Of a stretch of DNA of 64,000 nt, positions 10,543 to 20,925 are shown piece after piece. The translations under genes were made by a program, and so were the position numbers. This stretch comes from Candidatus Latescibacterota bacterium (GTDB lineage: Bacteria; Latescibacterota; UBA2968; UBA8231), in contig CBDCXV010000001.1 of assembly GCA_965223905.1 (NCBI GenBank), forward strand, positions 480,001-544,000, read 5' to 3'. Positions within the stretch are counted from its first letter, which is position 1. Each line of letters opens with the position of its first letter. The notes below the pieces were generated by a model, which was given only the letters and a program-made list of their open reading frames with translations, ran no database searches and had not been told where the DNA came from.

Positions 10543-13500
10543 ATGTCGCGTCGCGGCAGCAGGCGTTTTGTGGCCGACGTGCACCTGCACTCGCGCCACT
10601 CGCGCGCAACCAGCAAAGAGCTCAATCCCGAAAACCTCCACAAGTGGTCGGCGCTGAAGGGCGTAGACGTCGTCGGTACCGCCGATTTCACCCACCCGGA
10701 ATGGCTGGCGGAGCTGAAAGAGAAGCTCACCCCTGCCGAGGAGGGGCTGTACCGGCTGCGCGACGACCTGCTGGAAGCGGTGGAGCAGGAGCTGCCGGCT
10801 TCCTGCCGAAGCGAGGTCAGGTTTCTTCTTTCGGTCGAAATCAGCTCCATCTACAAGCGCCACGGCCGCACTCGCAAGGTGCACAACGTCGTCATCCTTC
10901 CCGACTTCGCCGCGGCCGACCGCTTCAACCGGCGCCTGGGGCGGATCGGCAACCTCAAGTCGGACGGGAGGCCGATCCTCGGCCTCGACAGCCGCGACCT
11001 GCTCGAAATCTGCCTCGAGGTCTGCCCCGAGGTGCTGTTCATCCCCGCCCACATCTGGACCCCCCACTTCGCCGTGCTGGGGGCCAGCTCCGGGTTCGAC
11101 AGCATGGAGGAGTGCTTCGACGACCTGCTGCCCCACATCTACGCGGTCGAGACCGGGCTTTCCTCCGATCCGCCGATGAACGGCCGCCTCTCGCAGCTCG
11201 ACCGCTTCGCCGTGGTTTCGAACTCCGACGCCCACTCGCCGCGCAAGCTGGCGCGCGAGGCGACCTGCTTCGACACCGACCTGTCGTACCGGGGGATGCT
11301 CGAGGCGCTACGCGACCGCGATCCGCAGCGCTTCACCGGCACCATCGAGTTCTACCCGGAAGAGGGGAAGTACCACTACGACGGCCACCGCAAGTGCGGC
11401 GTCTGCTGGACCCCGACGCAGACCATCGCCGCCGGGGGGCTGTGCCCGGAATGCGGCCGCAAAGTGACCGTCGGCGTGCTCCATCGCGTCGAGAAGCTGG
11501 CCGACCGCGGCGAAGGGGAAGCCGCGCCTGAGCGCCGGTTCGAGTATCTCATACCCCTGGAAGAGGTGATCGGCTCGGCCCTCGGCGTCGGCCCCAACAG
11601 CAAGAAGGTGCAGCAGATCTACCACGCCCTCGTCGCGCAGCTCGGCCCGGAGCTGGACGTTTTGCGGACTGCCGACATTGCGAAGATCGCCCAGAGCGGA
11701 GGCCAGCCCCTGGTCGCCGAGGGCGTGCGGCGGATGCGTAGCGGCAAGGTGGCGATCGCGCCGGGATACGACGGCGAGTACGGCAGGATCGAGGTGTTCA
11801 GCGACGAGGAGCGCCGCCGGATCGAGGGCCAATCGCAGCTGTTCGACATGGGGGCCGTCCTCGACGAGGAGGCGCTGCAGGCGGCCGAGGTCGTCGAGTC
11901 GATGGCGGGAGAAGCGGGCGGGCCCAGGCCGGAGGCCCTGATGGAGCAGGGCAGCGCGGTGCTGGAACGCCTGCTGTTCTCCGGAACCGCGCTCGACGAC
12001 GGGCAGCAGGCCGCGGTCGAGGAGCCGGCGGGGCCGGTGGTGGTTGCCGCCGGGCCGGGCTCGGGCAAGACGCGAACCCTGGTGCAGCGGATAGCCCACC
12101 TGGTCCGCCGCGAGGGGGTCTCGCCGGGCAAGATCTACGCCGTCACCTTCACCAACCGCGCCGCCGACGAGATGCGGCAGCGGCTGCGCGCCATGGACCC
12201 GCCGCTGCGGAACGTCGAGCGGGTATTCACCGGCACCTTCCACCGTCTCGCCCTGCAGCTGATGGGCAACTTTCGCCGGAGCCCCGAAGCCGCCGTCATC
12301 GACGCACAGGACGCTCGGGCCATCGTCGCCGCGGTGATCGAGGAACAGGGCGCCGGCTTGCGCCCGGCCGCGGCGCAGGAGCAGATCTCGCGGTGGAAGG
12401 CGGAGGGGCGGCTGCCGGCGCAGGTGCCGGCTGCCGAGGCCGCGCTCGCCGGCGTGTACGAGGGATACCGGCGGCGGCTGGCGCGCCTTGGAGCGCGGGA
12501 CTACGACGACATCCTCCTCGATTTCCTGCACCTGCTCGAAGAGGACGAAGGGTTCGCCGCCTACGCCGCCGGCTGCATTCAGTGCCTTCTGATCGACGAG
12601 TTTCAGGACGTCAACGCCGTCCAGTACCGCCTGGCGGTCAGGATGGCCGGCGACGGCCGCGGCCTCTTCGTCATCGGCGATCCCAACCAGTCGATTTACG
12701 GCTTCCGCGGCGCCGACCCGGTGTACTTCGACCGCCTCGGGTCGGCTTTTCCGGGAAACAGGCGCATCCACCTGACCACCAACTACCGCTCCGCCCCTTA
12801 CCTGGTGCGGGCAGGTCGTTCCCTGATCGGCCTTGCAGAAAAAGCCGGCGGCAACGGGGCGGGCGCCGCGGCAGCACGCGGCGCCATCCGCATGGTCGCG
12901 ACCGACAGCGAAATGTCGGAGGCGATCGCCGTCGTCAGGGAGATCGACCGCCTCGTCGGGGGCGCCGACATGATCGCGTCCGACAACGCCGCGGGAAGCG
13001 TCGGCGGGGAATACAGCTTCGGCGACGTCGCCGTGCTGTTCCGCACCGGGAGGCAGGCGGAGGTGCTGGAGACCTGCTTCCTGACCGAAGGGCTTCCGTA
13101 CCGCCTCATCGGTCAGCGAGGTTTCCTCGAGACGCCCGCGGTGCGCCGGGCGCTGGCCTTCTGGCGCTACGTCGCGCAGCCGGACAGCGGCCTGCGGCTG
13201 CTCGAGGGGCTGCGACGGAATCCGTTCAACCCGGGGCGCGCCGCCATGTCTCAGATCACCGCGGCAGTGCTAGAGACCTCCGGGCCGGTGGACCTGGCGA
13301 CCCTCGGCGCAGCGCTTTCGGAACGGGAGCGCGCGAAGATCGCGACCCTGACGGAGGCGGCAGGGCGCTACCGGAGCCGGGCAGGGGAGCCGCCGGCCGA
13401 CCTGCTGCGCTCCTGGCAGCAGGAGTTCGGTGACGCCGCGGCGGGGGAGGAGACGGGCTTCTCCCGGTTCGTCTCCCTGGCGGAAAACGCGGAATCCATG

Positions 13501-13893
13501 AAGCAGCTCCTCGAGCGGGTGGTGCTCGGTCAGGACGCCGACATCGAGCGCCGCGGCGGCGCCAGGCAGCCTGAGGCGGTCAGCCTGATGACCATGCACG
13601 CCGCCAAGGGACTGGAGTTCCCGGTGGTGCTGATCTGCGGCGTCGAGGACGGAGTGATACCGCTGGCCGAACCGGGGAGGGAGTGCGACGAAGAGGAGGA
13701 GCGGCGCCTGTTTTACGTCGCCGTTACCCGCGCCGGGAAGGAACTGGTCCTGTTCCGCGCCCGCAGCCGCATGCGGCACGGGCAGCGGGTGCAGTTGCAG
13801 AAGTCGCGGTTCGTGGGCATGATACCCGAGGCGCTCGTGCGGGAAGAGGCGATGTCCGAGTCGCGGCGGGGGCGCCAACTGAGCCTGTTCTGA
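10543..13893 (+). CDS. Fusion of endonuclease Q (PHP domain + Zn finger) and UvrD/PcrA-type SF1 helicase
   Basis: N-half: ADVHLHSRHS, GTADFTHP, PAHIWTP, ETGLSSD, NSDAHS, GKYHYDGHRKC..CPECG. C-half: AGPGSGKT, TFTNRAA, IDEFQD, GDPNQSIYGFRG, NYRS, TMHAAKGLEF, EERRLFYVAVTRA. ATG at 10543 follows AAGGAAGG. Confidence 0.92.
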   Translation: MSRRGSRRFVADVHLHSRHSRATSKELNPENLHKWSALKGVDVVGTADFTHPEWLAELKEKLTPAEEGLYRLRDDLLEAVEQELPASCRSEVRFLLSVEISSIYKRHGRTRKVHNVVILPDFAAADRFNRRLGRIGNLKSDGRPILGLDSRDLLEICLEVCPEVLFIPAHIWTPHFAVLGASSGFDSMEECFDDLLPHIYAVETGLSSDPPMNGRLSQLDRFAVVSNSDAHSPRKLAREATCFDTDLSYRGMLEALRDRDPQRFTGTIEFYPEEGKYHYDGHRKCGVCWTPTQTIAAGGLCPECGRKVTVGVLHRVEKLADRGEGEAAPERRFEYLIPLEEVIGSALGVGPNSKKVQQIYHALVAQLGPELDVLRTADIAKIAQSGGQPLVAEGVRRMRSGKVAIAPGYDGEYGRIEVFSDEERRRIEGQSQLFDMGAVLDEEALQAAEVVESMAGEAGGPRPEALMEQGSAVLERLLFSGTALDDGQQAAVEEPAGPVVVAAGPGSGKTRTLVQRIAHLVRREGVSPGKIYAVTFTNRAADEMRQRLRAMDPPLRNVERVFTGTFHRLALQLMGNFRRSPEAAVIDAQDARAIVAAVIEEQGAGLRPAAAQEQISRWKAEGRLPAQVPAAEAALAGVYEGYRRRLARLGARDYDDILLDFLHLLEEDEGFAAYAAGCIQCLLIDEFQDVNAVQYRLAVRMAGDGRGLFVIGDPNQSIYGFRGADPVYFDRLGSAFPGNRRIHLTTNYRSAPYLVRAGRSLIGLAEKAGGNGAGAAAARGAIRMVATDSEMSEAIAVVREIDRLVGGADMIASDNAAGSVGGEYSFGDVAVLFRTGRQAEVLETCFLTEGLPYRLIGQRGFLETPAVRRALAFWRYVAQPDSGLRLLEGLRRNPFNPGRAAMSQITAAVLETSGPVDLATLGAALSERERAKIATLTEAAGRYRSRAGEPPADLLRSWQQEFGDAAAGEETGFSRFVSLAENAESMKQLLERVVLGQDADIERRGGARQPEAVSLMTMHAAKGLEFPVVLICGVEDGVIPLAEPGRECDEEEERRLFYVAVTRAGKELVLFRARSRMRHGQRVQLQKSRFVGMIPEALVREEAMSESRRGRQLSLF

Positions 13894-13896
13894 ACG

Positions 13897-14739
13897 ATGA
13901 CGGACACCCGGCTGACGCAGCAGCAGATCGACTTCTTCAACACCTTCGGCTACCTCTGTTTCTCCGGCCTGCTGGCCGACTGCATCGACGGCATCATCGC
14001 CGAGTTCGAGCGCGTCTGGGAGCGGCACGGCGGCGGCCACCACGGCAGGCCCCACGACGAGGACCAGCGCTCCTGCATCGTGCCGTTCCCCGACAAGAGC
14101 GAGTACCTCAGCAGCCTTCTCGACGACCCGCGCATCCACGACATCGCCGCCGGCCTGCTCGGTGAGGACTTCAACTACACCAGCGGCGACGGCAACCTCT
14201 ACGTCGGCGACACCCGCTGGCACTCCGACGGCTACAGCGGCACCCGCATCCCCAGCATCAAGATCGCCTTCTACCTCGACCCGGTGACCGCCGACACCGG
14301 CGCCGTGCGCGTCATCCCCGGCAGCCACCACTGCGGCGACGCCTACGCCGACAGCCTCGAGCGATCCGTCAGGGAGAGCAGTGAGCAGTGGGGCATCCCC
14401 CCCGAGGAAGTGCCGGCCGTCATCGTCGAGACCGAGCCGGGGGACATCGTCGTCTTCTGGCACAACACCAAGCACTCGGCCTTCGGCGGCTCGGTGCGAC
14501 GCCGCATGTACACGATGAACTTCTACGAGCACGTCCCCGAGGAGCGGCTCGAGGATTTCCAGAACGTCCTGGCGAACGAGGGCCGCTTCTGGATCGACCA
14601 CATCCTGGGTGAAGAGATGCTGAGAACCGCGGGACCGGAGCGCATGGTGCACCTGCGGCAGGTCATCGAAAACGACTTCAAGGTGAAGGAAGTGCACGCC
14701 CGCCTGCGGGCCGAGCGCCCGGAACCGTCCCGGGGATGA
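13897..14739 (+). CDS. Phytanoyl-CoA dioxygenase family Fe(II)/2-oxoglutarate oxygenase
   Basis: LTQQQIDFFNTFGY, WHSD, GAVRVIPGSH, PGDIVVF..H..RR. Confidence 0.88.
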   Translation: MTDTRLTQQQIDFFNTFGYLCFSGLLADCIDGIIAEFERVWERHGGGHHGRPHDEDQRSCIVPFPDKSEYLSSLLDDPRIHDIAAGLLGEDFNYTSGDGNLYVGDTRWHSDGYSGTRIPSIKIAFYLDPVTADTGAVRVIPGSHHCGDAYADSLERSVRESSEQWGIPPEEVPAVIVETEPGDIVVFWHNTKHSAFGGSVRRRMYTMNFYEHVPEERLEDFQNVLANEGRFWIDHILGEEMLRTAGPERMVHLRQVIENDFKVKEVHARLRAERPEPSRG

Positions 14740-14936
14740 GGGCTGGGCGGGCCTGGGCAACACATGACAAATAGGGGAGCAAGCCCGCGATCTTGCCGGG
14801 CGATACTTTCTCCAAATCCCCTTCCTACCGATATATCCCGTTCGAGCTTTCTGTTCCGGAAGCTCGCATTCCCACCTGACTTTGGCGCGCCACGGCTGCG
14901 GTACATGGCCGGAGCACCAAGCCTCGGATCCGAAGG

Positions 14937-15710
14937 TTACTTCCGGGGAAGGCCGGCTGTCGAAGAGTAGCCGTTTGCCGCTATGGCGTCCCGCAGAAAA
15001 TCGAACGGAAGGGCACGAGGTCCGGCCTCCTTTTTCCAGCGGCCGGCCGCCTCCGGCCGTACCACGATCCGTGCCAGCGGGATGCCCAAAAAAGCCTCGA
15101 GTCGTTCGAGCGTCTCCTCCTGTTTCAGCACGAAGTCCTCGAACCGGATCTCGGTTACATGTTTCGGCCTCGGTGTGGCTTTCATCAGCTGGTATTGATA
15201 GAACCAGGAGATCGCCCGCATTTCGTGAACGTCCTCGGTCCGTGGGTAATCAATCCCGAACTTGCGTAAATCGTCCGTTTTGTGGCCGCCCAGAATGCAA
15301 TCCCTCGGATCGCGGATCCAATGAATGAACCGGGCCTCGGGAAACAGGCGGGAAATCCACGGATAGACGAGGGTCGTCTCGGGTATCTTCCACCCCTTGT
15401 GCGCGGACGAGTTGTGCATCACGTCTTCCAGGTAGGTGTGGATGTGCCGCTCGAACTCGCGGTCGATCGGCATCGAAAACAGGGGATCGAAGTTCCACGA
15501 CAACCCACCCTTCCATTCGACGTATTGGGCCATGACCCGGCAGGCGTCGTACATCGCCTGCCCCGGGATCTTGTCCCCGGATGGGTTCAGCCGGCTTCCC
15601 ATGTAAACCCCACTGGCGTACAAGGTGTGGGAAACGGCACGCGTCCCGGAATGACCGCGGCCGATCACTGTGATCAGAGTTTCCATATGCGTTGAGTGCC
15701 TGTCCGTCAT
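14937..15710 (-). CDS. Sulfotransferase family protein
   Basis: GRGHSGT PAPS loop, GWKIP, RDPRD, RFEDFV. Confidence 0.8.
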   Translation of the reverse strand: MTDRHSTHMETLITVIGRGHSGTRAVSHTLYASGVYMGSRLNPSGDKIPGQAMYDACRVMAQYVEWKGGLSWNFDPLFSMPIDREFERHIHTYLEDVMHNSSAHKGWKIPETTLVYPWISRLFPEARFIHWIRDPRDCILGGHKTDDLRKFGIDYPRTEDVHEMRAISWFYQYQLMKATPRPKHVTEIRFEDFVLKQEETLERLEAFLGIPLARIVVRPEAAGRWKKEAGPRALPFDFLRDAIAANGYSSTAGLPRK

Positions 15711-16115
15711 TCAGCGAACAATAGCCTTCGAGTTGAAAAATGCAGCGCTCTCATCAACGCAGGCGCGAATTTCAGCACCCCGGAAGGTGATCGCCAAGTG
15801 CCTGAGCTCCTCCTCGAGCCAGGCGGGACGGATGTGCGGGATACACGCGAGCACGGCACCGACGGGGATGCAGGCCTCCGGCAAGAGTGGTCCGGGGCAG
15901 CAGCTTGGAGCCGTTCCAGGTCTGAGGGGAAGATGATTCATCGAGGCATCGTGTCCGGGAAATCCCACGCGAATCGGAACGATACCGCCCATGAATACAC
16001 TGCCGGAAAATCTGGACACATGAAGTCCTGCAGCGTAGAGTTCCGGCCTTTCGGCAAGGCCGGGGGTGGTTTCCGCCCAGGGCCCTGAAAAATTCACTCC
16101 CACGGAGATTGCACC

Positions 16116-16874
16116 ATGAGCTCAAATGGAAAGGTCGCCCTCGTTACGGGGGCGGGAAGCGGTATCGGTCAGCGCACCTCCCTGGCCCTGCTGAAGGAGG
16201 GATACTCGGTGGCGCTGGCCGGCAGGCGCGAGGAGGCGCTGCAGTCGACGGTGGATCTCGCCGGGCAGGATGGGGAACGCGCCCTTTCCGTGCCGTCGGA
16301 CGTCACCGATCCCGATGCGGTGCGGGCGTTGTTCGCGAAAACGAAGGAGGAGTTCGGGCGCCTGGATCTGCTGTTCAACAACGCCGGCATGGGGGCGCCC
16401 GGGGTGCCCCTGGAGGACCTGACCTTCGAGCAGTGGACGGCGGTCGTCAACCTAAACCTGACCGGGGTGTTCCTGTGCACGCAGGAGGCGTTCCGGATCA
16501 TGAAGGACCAGGATCCGCGCGGCGGCCGCATCATCAACAACGGCTCGGTGTCGGCGCACGTGCCGCGGCCCAACTCGGCGCCGTACACGGCGACCAAGCA
16601 CGCCGTTCAGGGATTGACGCGGGCGACCTCGCTCGACGGCCGCAAGTACGACATCGCCTGCGGGCAGATCGACATCGGCAACGCCGCTACGGATATGACC
16701 CAGCGGATGAATGACGGGGTTCCCCAGCCGAACGGGTCGATGATGGTGGAGCCGCGCATGGACGCCGACGACGTGGCGCGGGCGGTGGTGTACATGGCCA
16801 GCCTGCCGCTGGAGGCCAACGTGCAGTTCATCACGGTGATGGCGACGAAGATGCCGTATATCGGACGGGGGTGA
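16116..16874 (+). CDS. SDR family oxidoreductase
   Basis: [17 protein letters not shown]. Confidence 0.93.
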   Translation: MSSNGKVALVTGAGSGIGQRTSLALLKEGYSVALAGRREEALQSTVDLAGQDGERALSVPSDVTDPDAVRALFAKTKEEFGRLDLLFNNAGMGAPGVPLEDLTFEQWTAVVNLNLTGVFLCTQEAFRIMKDQDPRGGRIINNGSVSAHVPRPNSAPYTATKHAVQGLTRATSLDGRKYDIACGQIDIGNAATDMTQRMNDGVPQPNGSMMVEPRMDADDVARAVVYMASLPLEANVQFITVMATKMPYIGRG

Positions 16875-16971
16875 GACGGTCCTTCGGGCCGTCCCGGACC
16901 GGTGACGAAGCAGGGATTTCGAGAAGGGATTTGGGGGAAGCCGATGTGCAGGCGGTAACCTCGGGGGGAAG

Positions 16972-18936
16972 TCAGGTGGCGCTCGCCGCCTCCGCCGGCT
17001 CCGGGTTCAGCAGCGTCGCGATGTGAACCGCCTGAAACAGCGTCGCCGGCTCCAGCTGCGTTCGCAGGGCCCGCTTCCTCGGCAGCAGCGTCGTTTCACC
17101 AAGCATAGGGGGCGACACCACCACCTCGACGCGGCCGGGGTTGATGTCGAGGTTGCCCCGCGGGCACTTGGGCCAGACCTGGTGAATGCCGCGAAATGCC
17201 AGCGGCACGATCACCGTGTCCTGCGGCAGGTAGGCGAACAGGGCGTGCTGCATCGGCAGGATCTGCAGCGCGAAAGCGGCCACCGTCCCGGCTCCGTATA
17301 CCACTCCCGCACGCTGCTCCAGCAGCTCGGCGAACCGCTGCGTCGGGTTGCCGGTGTCCTTGCTGCGGCGCAGGATGACGTAGCCGTCCACTTCTTCGCT
17401 CAAGGTGTCGATGCGCTCCGGGCCGATGCCGATCAGCGAAAACTCCCTTCCCCCGATCCGGACCGCGGTGGCGTCGAGCAGCCGCTCCCGCGACAGAATG
17501 GTGCACGGCCGCGGCCTTTCCCATCCCATTGCCCGGCACAGCTGCGGCGACTGCAGGACGCAGTACATCACCGGGTGGTCGAGCAGGCTGAGATGGGTCG
17601 GCAGGAAGGCGACCTTGCGAGCCCCCGGCTCTCCCAGGCGCAACTCGCGGGCCATCTCCTCGAACAGCGGGTCGACGATCACATCCAGCTCGATGCCGAA
17701 CAGGTCGAGCACCTTGTCGCCCATGTCGAGCATGCTCTTCCACGCCTCCTCGATGCGCATCTGCTCCGGGACCTCGGGGCGCCAGAGCTTCATCTTGATC
17801 CTGCGTGTCTTGCGGAAGAGCCGCAGCCACGCCAGCAGCCGCGCGCGGCGTTTCCAGGAGGAGATCGTCTGCTTCTTTCCGACGCCGGGGTGCTCGAGGA
17901 AACGTCCTGTCTTGCCGTCGTGGAAAAACAGGGGCACCTCCACCGGGGGAATCTCCTCCCCGCCGCGGGCGCGCTTGAGCAGGGCGTTCGCCTTGGGGAT
18001 CAGGGCGGTAACCAGGTCGATCATGTCCCGCGTGAGATAGCTGTACTGCTGGCCGTACCAGTATTCGCGCGGCCGGATCTGGGCCGGATCCTCGAGGTGG
18101 GCCTTGAGGAACTCCAGCAGCATCCCCTGCGCCAGGCGCACGTGCAGCTCGAGCTTCTCCAGCCAGCGGCGCCGGATCTTGCCCCGCAACTGCGAGACGA
18201 GAAGGTCGAGGTCGGTGACCGCCTTCCATATGGAGATCCCGAACCAGATGAAGTTGCTGAAGGTGTTGAAGCGGACGGCGAGGTGCTCGCCGGCGGCGAG
18301 CATGTCGACCACGGCTTCGGCAATGCCGGTGAGAAGGTCGCGCAGCGTCCCCGTACGCCGTTCTCCCGAGGCGGTGGTGCAGGAGTACTCCTCGGCCCAG
18401 CGGGGATCGCCGGGGTCGGCGTTGCGGTGCACTCTTTCCGCGACCGAGCTCGCCAGCGCCAGGGGAGCGCGGGCGACGCGGAACTCGACGAGAGCCGCCT
18501 CTCCCGCGTCGAGGGGTACCGGGTCTTCGCGGCGCAGTGCTTCGAGGTAGACGGCCTGATAGAGCTGCAGGAAGTCGCGCTCGTCGCCGGCGCCCCGTTC
18601 CCGGAACTGGTGCTGGACCTGGGCGAAGAGGCGGTTGCTTTCGTGGTAGGCGGGAAGCCTTTCGCCGTAGCGTTCGTACGCTTCACCGAGGCGGCTGTCG
18701 CGGCGGGAGGGCGTGCCGTCGTAGATCTCGGCGATGAGAACGGCGCGTCTGGCGAGGGCCTCGGTGCCGGGCACCTGCCCCGGACCCGGGCTGCAGGGCC
18801 ATGCGACATCTTCGGGATTCCAGCCGGCGAAGTGGCCGTCGGCGCGGGCCACGCGCAGAAGCTCCTGCGCGGCTTCGTCGTACCTGGAGAGGATCTCCTC
18901 GAGATTTTCGCTGACTTGGGCGAGGGCTTCCTTCAC
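16972..18936 (-). CDS. Large protein with an unknown N-terminal helical region and a C-terminal LPLAT/PlsC-like acyltransferase domain
   Basis: FLPTHLSLLD (HX4D) motif, YGAGT in block III position, IVPLAFRG; GTG start. Confidence 0.6.
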   Translation of the reverse strand: MKEALAQVSENLEEILSRYDEAAQELLRVARADGHFAGWNPEDVAWPCSPGPGQVPGTEALARRAVLIAEIYDGTPSRRDSRLGEAYERYGERLPAYHESNRLFAQVQHQFRERGAGDERDFLQLYQAVYLEALRREDPVPLDAGEAALVEFRVARAPLALASSVAERVHRNADPGDPRWAEEYSCTTASGERRTGTLRDLLTGIAEAVVDMLAAGEHLAVRFNTFSNFIWFGISIWKAVTDLDLLVSQLRGKIRRRWLEKLELHVRLAQGMLLEFLKAHLEDPAQIRPREYWYGQQYSYLTRDMIDLVTALIPKANALLKRARGGEEIPPVEVPLFFHDGKTGRFLEHPGVGKKQTISSWKRRARLLAWLRLFRKTRRIKMKLWRPEVPEQMRIEEAWKSMLDMGDKVLDLFGIELDVIVDPLFEEMARELRLGEPGARKVAFLPTHLSLLDHPVMYCVLQSPQLCRAMGWERPRPCTILSRERLLDATAVRIGGREFSLIGIGPERIDTLSEEVDGYVILRRSKDTGNPTQRFAELLEQRAGVVYGAGTVAAFALQILPMQHALFAYLPQDTVIVPLAFRGIHQVWPKCPRGNLDINPGRVEVVVSPPMLGETTLLPRKRALRTQLEPATLFQAVHIATLLNPEPAEAASAT

Positions 18937-19004
18937 GCCGCCAAGATAAGCCAGGGCCGTACAGGGCTACAAATGCCAACCTGTCGCGGAGGTGCGTCCC
19001 GGAA

Positions 19005-20084
19005 TCAGGGCTTGAGGGCGCGAATGACGCGGGTGCCGTCCGTGAGCTCGCGCAGCTCGGGATCGGCGAAGCCGGCCTGGCGCAGCCAGTCGCCGTGCTC
19101 TTCCTCGGTGTACGAGCGCCCTTCCTCGTAGATGTTGAGGAAGACGAGGTTGAACAGCGCTCCTTTGGCAGGTGTCGTACGGCCGTCGTCGAGGATGCCG
19201 GCGCCGATGACGTAGAGGGCGCCTCCCGAGCGCAGGAGCCCGGCAGCGCGGCCGACGACCCGGGACGCCTGTCCGGGGTCCAACACCTGCAGGAAGGAGA
19301 CCATCAGCACCGCGTCGAAGGAGCCGGGGGCCAGCCGGGAGCGGTCGGGTTCCGGCATCGCCACCCGGCCGGCAGTGAGGTCCGCGGGGACGATTTCGAT
19401 TCTCTCCGCGGCCGGGGATTGCGAGACGAAGTCTCTGGTCACCTCGGCGACGTCGGGCAGCTCCACCGCGGTGGCATGGAGTTCGGGCAGTTCCTCGGCG
19501 AGGCCGATGAGGAGACCTCCCGAACCGCTGCCGATATCGGCGACGCGGCCGCAGCCGCCGAGCCACTCGCTGCCCGCCAGCTCGCGTCCTCGCTGGAGAG
19601 CGGCGGAATGCAGTCCCCCGAGAAAGGTGGTCAGCTCCTCTCGGGGCATGGCGGCGAAATCCTTCTCTGCAAGCGGCCGGCCAGCCCGGATCGAATCCGC
19701 GCTTTTCAGGGCGGCGTCCCAGAGGATGGCGAGCAGCTCCTGGTGGCCGGCGAGGTACCCCGCTTTTCCCGGCACGAGGAAGCGGCTGGCCTCGGGGCTG
19801 TTGCGGAAGCGGGGCTCACTTTCGTCCGGCATCCCGGGCGCGGCCGGTTTTTCGATGGCGAGCAACTCGACCGCAGCCAGGGCGTACAGCAGCTGGCCCA
19901 GGCGCCGGCTGTCGGCGCCGAGCCGATCCCCCAGTTCGGCCGCGGTGGCAGGACCGTTTTCCAGCAGTGCGAAAAGGTCGAGCCGCAACCCCGCCAAAAG
20001 CGCGAAGGAGGGCAGGATCTCGAGCAGCTTCTCGAGCCGTTCGCTGCCGGCTGCGTCTGTCGGAACCTTCTGGTATCTGGACAT
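19005..20084 (-). CDS. O-methyltransferase (Methyltransf_2 with dimerisation HTH)
   Basis: LDLFALLENGPATAAELG HTH, ADIGSGSG, ELPDV, EEHGDWLRQAGF. Confidence 0.88.
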   Translation of the reverse strand: MSRYQKVPTDAAGSERLEKLLEILPSFALLAGLRLDLFALLENGPATAAELGDRLGADSRRLGQLLYALAAVELLAIEKPAAPGMPDESEPRFRNSPEASRFLVPGKAGYLAGHQELLAILWDAALKSADSIRAGRPLAEKDFAAMPREELTTFLGGLHSAALQRGRELAGSEWLGGCGRVADIGSGSGGLLIGLAEELPELHATAVELPDVAEVTRDFVSQSPAAERIEIVPADLTAGRVAMPEPDRSRLAPGSFDAVLMVSFLQVLDPGQASRVVGRAAGLLRSGGALYVIGAGILDDGRTTPAKGALFNLVFLNIYEEGRSYTEEEHGDWLRQAGFADPELRELTDGTRVIRALKP

Positions 20085-20131
20085 GGGGTCGAGTGGTATT
20101 TAGCGGCAAGTCCCGGGTAGGAAAGCGGCTG

Positions 20132-20500
20132 TTATTCCCCCTGTGAATTGGCGGGCCGCTCGGCGATTTCCAGGGTGTTGCCGTCCGGGTCGCAGACGAG
20201 GATGTCGCGCAGGCCCCAGGCCTGAAGCCTCGGCGGCTGTTTCACCGTGACCCCGGCGGCAAGGCAGCGTTCGTAAAGCCGATCGACCGAGTCGACGGAC
20301 ATGTGGCAATGCCCGTAGCCGGCGGCCTCCGGGTCGAGGCCGATATGCATGTCGACGCCGTCCCGGTGGAGGATGGCGAAACAGACCGGATCGCCGTTGG
20401 TAAAGGTCACCGCGAAACCGAGGGTGCCGGTCCAGAACTCCAGCGCCCGCTTCATGTCGCTGACGTGAAGGCCGGGGACTGCTCGGTGAAAGGTCGTCAT
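20132..20500 (-). CDS. VOC/glyoxalase/bleomycin-resistance family protein
   Basis: AVPGLHVSDMKRALEFW..LGF, WGLRD..DPDGNTLE; start re-assigned to ATG at 20500. Confidence 0.88.
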   Translation of the reverse strand: MTTFHRAVPGLHVSDMKRALEFWTGTLGFAVTFTNGDPVCFAILHRDGVDMHIGLDPEAAGYGHCHMSVDSVDRLYERCLAAGVTVKQPPRLQAWGLRDILVCDPDGNTLEIAERPANSQGE

Positions 20501-20809
20501 GGCTTTTTTCGGTGGAGAACAGCGAAAAGCATCCCGCCGGGGGATTTCCGCTGAAGGGCACCTTTCCGGCAAGAAGGCCGGGGTGTGAACGGAGCAGCGC
20601 AATGGGCCCCTGCTTTTCGAGCAGGCGCCGCTTTGGCCGAGTTTCCGAATTCCTGTGAAAGGTGCCGGCAATTGCGGCAAAAGGTCAATCGGCAGCTTGT
20701 CGACCTCGCGAGAGTGGTTCGCCCCGTCCTCGAAGCGCCGCCGGCGCGGCGCGAAATCCCGCGAGAGAGATTCGGTCGCGGCGGCATGCACAAATGGAGC
20801 CGGCTCAGG

Positions 20810-20847
20810 AAAAAACAGGGCCGGCCCCCGGAATGGGAGCCGGCCCT
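20810..20847 (-). terminator. Rho-independent terminator
   Basis: Minus strand AGGGCCGGCTCCC-ATTCC-GGGGGCCGGCCCT followed by GTTTTTT. Confidence 0.8.
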
Positions 20848-20925
20848 TGTCGTTCCGGGAGGGACTCGAACGGATGCAGCCGGAGTTTCCGGATAAGCTT
20901 GTCGCAGGCTGCTATCTCTGCAGCG

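Noticed and set aside
15711-16115. ORFs of 117-130 aa or an ncRNA in the gap between the sulfotransferase and the SDR
   Set aside because: No motif or convincing RBS; only a short hairpin near 16043-16063
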